Positions 12,501 through 23,893 of a stretch of 64,000 nt of DNA are shown piece by piece. The notes beneath the pieces were generated by a model, which saw only the letters and a list, made by a program, of their open reading frames with translations, was not told the DNA's origin and did no database searches. A program made the position numbers and the translations under genes. The DNA is from Acanthaster planci. Taxonomy: Eukaryota. Each line of letters begins with the position of its first letter. Within the stretch, counting starts at the first letter, position 1. The stretch is taken from NCBI RefSeq assembly GCF_001949145.1, contig NW_019091356.1, forward strand, positions 4,756,934 to 4,820,933, written 5' to 3'.

Positions 12501-15500
12501 AGATGTAGACTTTCCCACATTGTTATGTTTCTGCAGATTTTCTCATTCAGATTGATCCAGAGCTGAAGATGGTGTGATAAGATGTTGCCATTCATGTCTT
12601 CAGTCTATACTGACCCTGGTTCCAATCCAACCCAGTCCATGACATAGTTTGATTGTCAGTCTCTAGTGCACTGCCTGGTTTTCCCCAAACCAAATTTGGG
12701 AATTTTTCTTCTACATGAAAGACTTTTCTTTGCCACTGTCCACTTATATATCAAGTAATTTTAGTGCAAGCTGGAAAAAATAAGAAATGAATGGTTATAA
12801 TAATTCTTGTTACTTTTTTAATTACTGGAAAGGTTTTGATGATGACTCTTCAGAACGATCCACCTTCCCTGGAAACAGCGATGACCAACAAAGAAGATGT
12901 AAAAAAATACAGCAAGGAGTTTCGGAAGATGATCTCAAAATGCTTGCAGAAAGATCCTGAGAAAAGGTAGTCCACACAGAGAAGAAAAAGTAGGATTTAA
13001 CCCATCCGAGCATAGGTCCACCGTAGGAATATTGAGGAAAGTAATCACAGCAACAGTTTGCATAAATCATTTGTTCCCTTAAATATTAATTGAGTGTGCA
13101 GCTTCAATACTCAGAGCAAAGTGAGTGCCCTCTAGTGATGGGCTCAGCACATTGGAGGGCCACGGTTACATTTTCCAGGACCCATTGAAATCTAAATATC
13201 CACAAATTAAGCTTGTAATATTCCTTTTGCCAGTTTTTGTTTTTTTTGCTAAAGAGAGGCACAAGGGCAAAGGAATTAATTTTGAGGAAATTTCGCATAT
13301 TTGAAATTAGTTCCATCATGCTTGATATGGGACCAGTGTATGTTACACCTCAGCAGCTGATGAGGACAATCAGGGAATTTGTCTTGTCTCCAGGCCAGAT
13401 GCTTCTGAACTTCTCAAGAGTCCATTCTTTAAGAAGGCAAGAGAGTGTACGTACCTTCATGAAAAACTGTTGGGGGTGGCACCAACTTTAGAGGATCGTG
13501 GAGAGAAGGTATGTCTTATAAGTTGATCGGGAACGTTTGTTTCTTTTTCTGAACCATGCCTTTAATCATACCAGAGGGCACTGTGATCAAAGCTGTTTTG
13601 TGATTGGACATTGACAAAATTAATGTATTGAAATCATTTCCATAACTTTCCTCGTGAAATGCTCTTATGCACATGATTGCACCTTGTGGTCAAATTGACA
13701 TCCCGTTTACACTTTGTGTAAAACTGTACATCTACCTCTATCATGTGGACATCAGCCTTGTGTAATATCATCATATTTCTGCAGGTGACGCGGGTGCCTG
13801 GATCCAGTGGTCGTCTGCACCGTACTGCAGATGGATGGGAATGGTCAGATGACGAGTTGGATGAGAACAGTGAAGAAGGCCGAAGAGCAAGTATTGGACG
13901 ATCACCTCGCATCGCCATGGATATGAAGATGAAGCTGGCTAATCAGATGGCTGGGATATCTGGGGTAATAGTGAGGTCTCTTGTCAGATCGACCAATGAA
14001 ATCTGTTTTTATAAAATGATGAGTCACATTAATCCTAACCCCAGCCTACTTTGGCTAGAAACCCTGCCAGATGCATCAAACTGCATTGTTCTTCAAAGTG
14101 GCTTGCCTGTTCAGTGTAACAAGATCCAAAAGGTCAACTCTCCCCAAGTCCAAACGGCCTGGGAGTCTGTGGTTGCCAGTCACCACCAGATCTAACAGAT
14201 CAACTGTCCCCAAGCCGTTTGGTCTTGTGGTGACTGGCAACCACAGACTCCCAGGCCGTTTGGCCTGGGAGTCTATGGTTGCCAGTCACCACAAGATGCA
14301 ACAATGGCATTCTTCCATGGGATTAGCTCCCATTGTCTCAACACGGCTAGTTAGTTCAAGTGCATCAAAGTGCATCAAACCTCTTCACCTGATGCCCTGT
14401 GGTGTGTCTGGCAGGGTTATGGTTAATGGAGTTCATGGCCTCTAACTTTCCCTTCCCCAGACGTTGTCATATTGCACAACTGTTATTTTATGGATAATTT
14501 CCTGCATTGAACACCAGTGCAATATTGTGGAGATCTCAGGATCAAACCCTCTGTTAACCCAAATTTTTTTAAACAGATGAGTAACAGGATGCAAATCCCT
14601 GCTGCTGTTTAGTGAGAGCTGATCAAGAGGATTAGGGTTTTGTGAATGATTGACCCTCTTGGTGGTTATGTGGAGGGGGGTTGGGATTACAAGCCTTCCA
14701 GTTGGAGGATTAGATTCAGTGTAGTGTTACAACTGATTTGCAATGCTGGGAGATTTGAGAGGGCCAGTAGCAGATTGAAGACCTCAGTGAATGATTGATG
14801 CCTTCCTAGCCAGTGTTTTTTTATGGAGAAATTGACCTATCTTGCCGCTTTCCAGCCAAAGGTAAAGACAGCTGCAGAGCCACAGGTTGTTAAATCCAAG
14901 GAGATATCTCCACCAGCAGCAACAGGTGCAGCAGCAGGTGCAGCAGCAGGTGCAGCAGCAACAGAAGGTGGTGCTGAACCTGGGCCAACACTACACATGG
15001 TCCTCAGGTTAAGGTTAGTCAGGAATTGTAATTAATTTACCCGTGATTTTTTCTGTTCAGAAAACATCACAAACACGCTAATATCTCTTGCCTTTTTATG
15101 GACTTTTTTATTTTACTGGTCTCCGAGGCAAATTCCATTCTAATCTGATATTTCATTTGTTCTTTTTCCCACTTTCTACTGGACATTTTCAAGCTCTAGT
15201 CATTGGAATGAATTATTCTACCTTATTCAGTAAATTACCATTCTGTAATGTTAATTGCCAGATTGTATTTCGTCAGTCCTTCTAACCCTCAGTTTTTCTT
15301 TGTTTTCAGGAATGCTGAGCAAGAGCTGAATGATATCCGCTTTGATTACACTGTCAACAAAGACAATGCTGACAATTTAGCTCATGAACTGGTCACTGCT
15401 GGTCTAGTGGACCTCAAAGATCTTGTCGTTGGTAATATGAACTCTCCACTAAATTTCAAGATTCATAATGCATTTAAGCTTTGTATCTCTTTCAGAAATA

Positions 15501-15996
15501 TACTGTTAATATGGTTTTTTTTAATCTTAAGGAAGGTGTTTTTTCAAATGGAAATTTGATTTCAGAACTTTTTCCTCCTCTGTCAACATTTTGCTAGTAT
15601 AGAAAAGCAATAAATATCTGTTTTCAGATTTTGAACTGCATACAAGTTGCAAAAATGTTCTTATTTTTACAGTTGCAGCTAATCTTCAGAAGACAGTGGA
15701 TAATCCAGAAAATAAAAGTGTCTTGTTCAAACTGGTAAGTCCCTCCCCAGCTTTGCTTCAGAAAGGGGCAGAGGATAAGTCTTTAGACTGTGTTCTTGTC
15801 ATAATTTGCACCTGTTGTTCATCATTTTTAATGGCCTGTATCAGACAGTAAAGAACTGCGTCCATTCTTGAGACTTTTTAGGATCCAGATTCAACATCAT
15901 GTGTTTGTCTTGTCCTTTTGTTATACGCAGCATTCTGGCGCTAGTCCAGGTGATGAGGAGCATCTGGTAGGATTTGCCAAATTAACCATCAGCTAG
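9556..15996 (+). CDS. OXSR1: STE20-family SPAK/OSR1 kinase (STK39/OXSR1 orthologue), ~532 aa, 13 exons
   Basis: Exons 9556-9685, 10878-10990, 11172-11280, 11442-11583, 11994-12159, 12283-12384, 12833-12966, 13394-13508, 13785-13964, 14856-15013, 15310-15431, 15673-15734, 15931-15996 (1599 nt). Motifs: [60 protein letters not shown]-motif [13 protein letters not shown] motif, and C-terminal CCT domain LRLRN..ELNDIRF...VAANLQK...GFAKLTIS*. Confidence 0.96.
14150..14296. repeat. Direct-inverted-direct triplication of a ~40-bp segment in kinase intron 9
   Basis: CCAAACGGCCTGGGAGTCTGTGGTTGCCAGTCACCACCAGA (14150-14190), its reverse complement (14223-14263), and a third direct copy (14262-14296). 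Confidence 0.9.
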
Positions 15997-18718
15997 GACT
16001 AACAAGAAATCTCCCAATCGGTAATCTGTGTGTGATCCAATCCTTTGCTTCATTGCCTCATTTTGATGCAAAAACCTAAACGGAAGATCCAGTAGTTTCT
16101 TAATTGCAGGTCAGTGATTTTTTCCTGAACGAGTTCTGTGAACACTGATGATGAACACGTAAATGAGCACAGAAATACAGAGCAAGTGTTTTGTTTTCGG
16201 TCGCTTTCAATTTGGGGGTAAAATTGCTCTTTGGGTAGTTTGGAAGGAATTTATGAAAGTGAAGAATGGAAGTACTGTAAACCCTTGGAAGCAGTTCTCA
16301 TATCACTCTGCAGCAGATGGAAACAAACTCACTCTGGATTTGTTTATGAACTGCAGAGAGAGTAATATGGTGTAGTCCCCTAAACTGTGTGTACACTAAG
16401 GCAACATCTCTATGATGTTATTTTCCATTATCACCATTGATGAGAGACGGATGCTTGAGATCCATTGATTGGTGTTCAGCCTGTAAGACTTTGGTAAGGT
16501 CCTTGAAATGCTTCTGGAGTTTATTCAGGCTACTTTAAAATCAAGGTGTAATGTCGTGCCATTATTGTGCAGAATTGATGGTTATTGTAGATAATGGCGT
16601 ATAGCAGCCCAGTTACATGGTTGCCCCCTCAAAGATATTAAGCCATAGAACGTGCCAGCCGCTAACAGTTGTTATGTACTGGTATGAAGCTACCACCTGC
16701 TAACTTGTTCAATAATAGATGTAATTAAATGTAAAGCTTATATCATTGGTGTATTCATGATTTAAAATCTGGATCCAAGATATCTTTATTAGTTGCCGAT
16801 GTCCTGGATTGTAAAGCAAATTTACAATTACATCCAGCCTTTAGATGCTGCGAAATGTCACAATCTAAGAACAGAACTCGCAGAATCCATGACCGAGAAC
16901 AAAGGCCTCTGTATCAACTCAGATCAAATAAGATTCCTAGCCCTAGTTTTAATTTTCAGTAGGGGGGTATTCTCTTTAACATTTTTCAGGTTTTAACAAT
17001 GTCATGACACAGGGAAATTATGTATTAAAGCATGAAAGAATGCACTTGATGAGAACGGAAGTTTCGTTTAGAGGAAATATTGGATTGCCGACTGGAATCA
17101 AAGACTATTAGGCTGTCAGGCAGATAGGGAAACCGTTGCGTAGTCATAGGTTATGTTTTATTCTCTTTGTTTTATGGGGCTTATCAAAAAGTTAAATCTT
17201 TTATTTACCACAGACAGTATGAAGCCACCATTTAAAGGTGACCTTTAGGGGATGTTGGAGTTTTTTGTCTTTGAAAATACAGTTGAAAAAATGAAACTTA
17301 AATATAAAGATAATTAAAGTTTAGAAATAGAGCTTTAAACTTTTCCTCTTTCATTTTCTGGTATTTTTCGTGTAGTTTTAATCTTCCCTGGTAAATATCA
17401 AGGATATGCTGATACATGTACATTGTGACAAGCAAATGGAATGTACATAAAATGATTAGCATTAATGTTGAGGTGCATAAAAGAAAGAAATTGAAATATT
17501 CATTTATAGAAATGTTTATTACTTTGACGTATAGTTAAGTATGTGCTATGTCTATTCAACAATTGTTTTTATAAATTTATTTTATAGTTTGCTATGAACA
17601 ATTTGAATTCTCCTTTGAAAAAAGGAATGTTAATTCAAAGTAATGATTTCACAAGGAGCATAATTTTTTACCATTTTGTGTATTTTTGCTGAAGATAGGT
17701 TTTAGTTTTTGCGGGAGAGGGATTAGTGGTAATGTTTTTTCCATGTTCCTGTAGTCGAAATCAACTTGCAGTACAAAACCTTCAAGTGCGTGGATTGTGA
17801 ATATCTCTGTCAAAGCTGAATTTACTTGAATCAATGAGTCTAGTCCCGCGAGTCTAGAAATTTTATCAAAGTAGTCCTTTTAACTTCGAAATATTGCATA
17901 CAGGTGTCAGATATGAGTGAAATGCTTATTGGAGTATGCTGGAGTTGTATCTAAAATGTTATTGTAAAGACTTATTCAACCAAGCGCCATTTACAGTGAC
18001 ATCATGTTTAATTCGCGCGCGTTCTTAGACTTAAGGTGGATTTAGGATGTTACAATATCTTATTGTTCGAAGGGGTGTGTGAGTGTCTGTTTCGAATTTC
18101 AGTGGAGACATGGAGTTTCTGAGTTAGGGAAATACTCTATGCCATTTCTTGATTATTATCACGATATATTTTGTTCTCAGGGATTCTTCTTGCCTAAGAA
18201 TCACTTGAATAACGAAGTTTTATTGTGCCACAAGGGTGCGATTTTTCCCTCGCCAAACACGACTTCTTTTTGTTAGCGTGACTGCAACTGGTATATTAAA
18301 TTTTTGAAAGCAGGTTTTGTGAAAGAGTCATGTTTTTCTAGTATCGGTGAGGCTTTCTTTTCTGAAGCAAGATGCATGATTAAAATAAGTATAGGTCAGT
18401 GGCAATGTTGGAGAAAGAAAATCGAGCTCTGTTGCCTGGAACAAGAATAAAAATAAACATTTCATGACAGATCAGAAAATTTCGTAAATGAACAGTGCGT
18501 ATTAGCAGTTTAGTTGTGTACTTGACATTGAACATGACCATTTGCAGTGTGATTATTATCTCGATAATTTGCCGTGTTCTGACTTTTTTATGTTCAAGAA
18601 TACATTGATATCAACTTAGTCAATACGCGGAGCACATTGTAACCCCACTGATGAGGTTGTGTATTTGTTTTTCTCAATTTCGGCTGTGAACCTTGTGTGA
18701 CTTCTATTGACCTTAAAG

Positions 18719-21700
18719 CTAGCGAAGTTTAGATTTGATATGGTCCGTTATTTTTGTCTCGTTGCTTTTGTCGAGAAGGAAAAAGTGGCCACCCGGAAGA
18801 AGCTGAATGTCGAAATCTGACGACGTCATTTCCCGCCAAACTACAAAATGGAAATGAAAAGGAGCACATACATGTATTGAGAATATTTTATGCAGTAAAT
18901 TATTACATAATTTGGCAGGTTGATGTTGGCGGGAGTCGTATTTAAGGGATATCTTTCCATGTTTGTGATCTTTAAAAGTGATTTCAAGATATGGATGTAT
19001 TCAAACCTTCAGTGTCGTGTTTTTTGTCGTGTGTGCCATCGAAGAATGTGATTGGACAATCCAGCACTGAGACACGCCCTTCGAACCTGATCGGGGAAAA
19101 CACATAACTCCAATAGCAGCACTTTTGAAAGCAAGTTTCACTTATACTTGTTTCCTATTAAGTCAAATTTTCTTGAGAAAAGTGAGTTAGCTTCCAGAAC
19201 AAGTTGAATTGTTCATCAAATCAGAAGTCTTGTCCTGGAGGGTGTTACTCACCTATACTGTCCAACCAATCGGAAGTCGTGTTTCATACTCGGTAGGAAG
19301 AGCTTTATCAGAGCTTCGTTTTCGAGCAGTTCCTTGGGCGTTCCGCCATTTCGTTTCAGGCTCGCAACAAAGTCTTCATCTGTGGCGTCTGCCATCTTCA
19401 CAAATTCAGCACGATCGCGCCTTCTTTGGTCACCCTGGAGATATGTCGCACATAGTATTTGAATGAAAAACGGGTGAAAGTGACACTCTAAAGGCTGTTA
19501 ATATAATGAATGTGTCTCATTAGTGACTGTTTCGCTCAGTCTGAAATCTTACGCAGACTGGTGCAGGTTGCATCTACATTCTGTTGAATACATGAGCTCT
19601 TCTTGAAAGAAAAGTCAATCGGGAAAAACTTAAATCTTAAATTATAACTCACGTGTGGTGCAAATGTCCCAGACAAAAACATGTGTTTCGGTCTCAAACC
19701 ATGACGATCTTTGAGATGGCGTGCAACCTCGAAGGCGAGGAGGGCACCAAAACTTAAAAAATAATGGACATGTGCAAAGAATATGTTATTATGAGTTTAA
19801 GTTGAATTTTTTTGTTTCCTAAATTCGTTTTCAATGTTAAGTGTTAAAATAACATTTTGACATACAAAAGCCCAGTGTGAAAGCAGTATACATTACACTA
19901 GTTCTAACATGCAAGTCTTCAACGAATTCAATTGACAACCTTTGTGTTTTTTTCCCCCTTTTTTTTTTTTTTGGTTGTTTTGTTCTTAGCGAATATTCAG
20001 GTTGCTTTATTCAGTTTCCTATGTCAGGTTTACATTGAGGTTATTTTTCCCCCAAATGAACTGGAAAGTCTTTCGAATATAATTTTGGAAATGTAAATTG
20101 ACAACAGAATAAGGAAGTAAGCACCTGTGTCCGTAAATCCCAAACGGCATTTCTTGTATCTTCGGAAGTAAAGTATCAATGATGTCATCAACCATGGTTG
20201 GCCAATCAGGATAAGGAGCATCACTCATGCGCAGTTCCCGACAAGGAAGGCGGACAACACAAACTGAAAATTGGAAGACAACGTCGAAAAAGTTGCGATA
20301 TTCACTGCTATAACGAACTTGAGGTAATTTTCCAGCAGACATCGTTTCCTTCTCAACGAATTGTCAAAATTAATGTATTTCACCCTAAAAAAACAACCTT
20401 GATAAGTTTAGAGAAAAAACATTTTTTGTGAAATTTTGATAAAAATGTCACGCTAGCCCCTTGGCATTTTTATAAATGTTTTCCCAATTTTCACTGCTTT
20501 TATCATTGATTTGTTTTGAATCGGGACAAATCAAAAGCTCTAAAATTGTCAAAATCAATCTATTTACCCCAAACAACAATTTTGCAACGTTTGGATAAAA
20601 TGATTTTTTGTAAAATTTTGGTAAAAATGCAAGGCTATCACCTTGAGATTTTAATTATTTTACCCCAATTTTCACCGATTTCATCATTCATTTTTTTCAT
20701 CGAAACAATACAAATAAGCTCTAAACTTGTGAAAATTAATGTATTTCTCCCCAAATAAAAAACTTTGAAACGTTAAGATTTTCTTTTTAATTTTGATAAA
20801 AATGCAAAGCTATCCCCTTGCCATTTTGATTAATTTTCCCAATTTTCACAAATTTCATCATTGATTTCTTTTGAATGAGAACAAACCAAAATCTCTAAAA
20901 TTGCCAAAATCAATTTATTTTCCCCAAACAATAATTTTGCAACGTTTGCAGAAAAATCATTTTTTGGTAAGATTTTAGTAAAAAGCAAGGCTAACCCCTT
21001 ACCATTTTAATCATTTTTNNNNNNNNNNNNNNNNNNNNNNNNNNNNNNNNNNNNNNNNNNNNNNNNNNNNNNNNNNNNNNNNNNNNNNNNNNNNNNNNNN
21101 NNNNNNNNNNNNNNNNNNNNNNNNNNNNNNNNNNNNNNNNNNNNNNNNNNNNNNNNNNNNNNNNNNNNNNNNNNNNNNNNNNNNNNNNNNNNNNNNNNNN
21201 NNNNNNNNNNNNNNNNNNNNNNNNNNNNNNNNNNNNNNNNNNNNNNNNNNNNNNNNNNNNNNNNNNNNNNNNNNNNNNNNNNNNNNNNNNNNNNNNNNNN
21301 NNNNNNNNNNNNNNNNNNNNNNNNNNNNNNNNNNNNNNNNNNNNNNNNNNNNNNNNNNNNNNNNNNNNNNNNNNNNNNNNNNNNNNNNNNNNNNNNNNNN
21401 NNNNNNNNNNNNNNNNNNNNNNNNNNNNNNNNNNNNNNNNNNNNNNNNNNNNNNNNNNNNNNNNNNNNNNNNNNNNNNNNNNNNNNNNNNNNNNNNNNNN
21501 NNNNNNNNNNNNNNNNNNNNNNNNNNNNNNNNNNNNNNNNNNNNNNNNNNNNNNNNNNNNNNNNNNNNNNNNNNNNNNNNNNNNNNNNNNNNNNNNNNNN
21601 NNNNNNNNNNNNNNNNNNNNNNNNNNNNNNNNNNNNNTCATTCATTTTTTGTCGTCGAAACAATACAAATAAGCTCAAAAATTGTCAAAATTAATGTATT

Positions 21701-23242
21701 TCACCCCAAAAAACAACCTAGATAAGTTGGGAGAAAAATCAGTTTTTGTGAAATTTTGATAAAAATGCCATGCTAACCCCTTAGCATTTTCATAGTTCTT
21801 CCCCAATTTTCACTAATTTCATCATTGATTTCTTTTGAATGGGAACAAACCAAAATCTCTAAAATTGCCAAAATCAATTTACCCCAAACAATATGTTTGC
21901 AACGTTTGCAGAAAAATGATTTTTTCGTGAAATTTTGGTAAAAATGCAAGGCTAACCCCTTACCATTTTAATCATTTTCACCCCAATCTTCACTGATTTC
22001 AACAAAACAATACAAATAAGCTCTTAAATTGTCAAAATTAATGTATTTCACCCCTGAAAACAACCTAGATAAGTTTGGAGAAAAATCAGTTTTTGTGAAA
22101 TCTTGATAAAATGCCACGCTAAACCCTTAATGGCATTTTCATCAATGTTTTGCCAATTTTCACTGCCTTTGTTATTGATTTCTTTTGAATGAAAACAAAT
22201 CAAAAGCTCTAAAATTGCCAAAATCAATTCATTTACCCTAAACAACAATTTGGAACGTTTGAAGAAAAATCATTTTTTTTGTGAAATTTTGGTAAAAATG
22301 CAAGGCTAACCCCTTGCCATTTTAATCAAATTTTGCCCAATTTTCACTGATTTCATCAGTGATTTTTTTTTTATCGAAACAACACATATAAGCTCTAAAA
22401 TTGTCAAAATTAATCTATTTCACCACAAACAATCAACTTTATAAGTTTGGACAAATATCACTTCTGGTGAAGTTTTATCATTTTAATAACATTTTGCCCA
22501 ATTTTCACCGATTTCAGCATTCATTTCTTTTGAATGGGGACAATACAAAAGAGCTCTCAAAATCTCAAACTAATCTTTTTCCCCCAAATTTGGAAACGTT
22601 TGGAGAAAACAAATGTGGCAAAATTAAATAAAAATGCAAGGCTACCCCTTGCCATTTCGATTCATTTTATACCACCTTTGTCACTAATTTCATAACTCTT
22701 TTGCATCGAATTGAAACAGTACAACTTTGATTTAAAATTTTCAAACTGAATCCAATTTATCTTTACCTTATTTTGAATAAATATGTAAGACTTACCTGTT
22801 GCCATTTATGTAAGTTTATCCCCTTTTCAATAATTTCTTATCTGTTTTTATTGCAACGGAAATATGCTCAAAAATTGTCCAAAATAATAGATTTTAAGAA
22901 AAAAAGAGATGTTTCGTAGAGTTCGAGAAATATATTTTGGCTAAATTTTACTGAGAATGCTAGGGAAACTTCAGTTCTATTAAGTGTCATTCCTTCTAAC
23001 TGTCAACTACATAAATTACCTGTGCCATTTATCATCTAAAACTAATGACCTATAGATTTTGCAAAAATCTATACTTTGAAATCTGTTGTTGTACCTTCTA
23101 AAGTTGCCGGCAGTTGTGCCCCCCATTTTGCGAAAAAGCCTGTGCCACCACCTGCCCAGGGGAAGCAGAACAACCTACATGAAGCTGCTGGACGAATTGG
23201 CCTCGTAACCAACATCTTCTCGATGTGTTTGAGAGCCGACAT
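18719..23242 (-). CDS. OLAH: Type II thioesterase / medium-chain S-acyl fatty acid synthase thioesterase (OLAH-like), ~256 aa, 6 exons
   Basis: Exons 23242-23095, 20263-20125, 19752-19653, 19434-19253, 19086-19007, 18840-18719 (771 nt, frame-consistent). Motifs: RLFCFPWAGGG, RLPCRE, nucleophile elbow GHSFG (Ser codon split across intron 2), GGTPKELLENE, LDCPITFFDGTHD, LPGGHFFL. The Ser-Asp-His triad is intact. Confidence 0.92.
20340..22900. repeat. AT-rich satellite-like tandem array, ~180-bp monomer in alternating A/B variants (~360-bp dimer), in thioesterase intron 1
   Basis: Anchor AAATTGTCAAAATTAATGTATTTC recurs at ~20359, 20723, 21680, 22027 and 22399. The variant AAATTGYCAAAATCAAT recurs at ~20544, 20898, 21862 and 22212. 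The array spans the N gap and degrades towards 22900. Confidence 0.85.
21019..21637. other. Assembly gap (N run) inside the satellite array
   Basis: Run of N bases flanked on both sides by the same repeat. Confidence 1.
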
Positions 23243-23893
23243 CTTGTGATTGAAATGTAGAATTGGTCAGACGATTGAAAGTTTCCAATATATCAGGAAC
23301 AGACAAGTGCCTTCTGTGGGTAATGGTTCTGCTGTTTTTGCAAACCTCATAAGAGTGAGAGTCAGTCATGGTCAGATGATGTAACTGTTATCTTGTACTC
23401 GTCAAAATGCGGGCATCTCATTATCTGCTTCGCATTTGCGAGAGCAGGTCTTTGATCAAGCTGAGAGTTATTACCGGCGAGGTTAAAGTTCAATGATAAG
23501 TAAAAACATATATACCTTTTTTTTTTTTACAATGTTTGGTATTAGTAGCTTTACAGACACAAAACATTGTTAAAAAAAATCCACTTAGACATTTGCAATA
23601 GGAAGCATCCGTCAGTTCAATACAAAACATGTAACCTGTTGATACAATGTTAATTTTCTGGTCTATCAACTTTCCGTCTGTGTTACATTAACCAACTAAA
23701 TCATACTTACTTCAATTTTATTCTTTAATTCGGCCACCGTACTTCTTTGAAATTGTATTTCAATCATATGAATCTGGATACTTATTTTTAAAAATCCAAT
23801 CTGGAGCGATAGGCCTACTCATCTTTTAAAAAAATATGCCTTGGAGGAACCGAGTCCGTTGTTTGTATCCTAATATTTGTACCGGTCGGAGAT

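Noticed and set aside
13965..14445. Long ORF extensions (150 and 124 aa) after kinase exon 9
   Set aside because: A good donor lies at 13965 and the frame continues in exon 14856. The extensions run through the intronic inverted repeat and lack recognisable similarity.
20991..21678. 216/223-aa ORFs in the satellite region
   Set aside because: Almost entirely X from the assembly gap.
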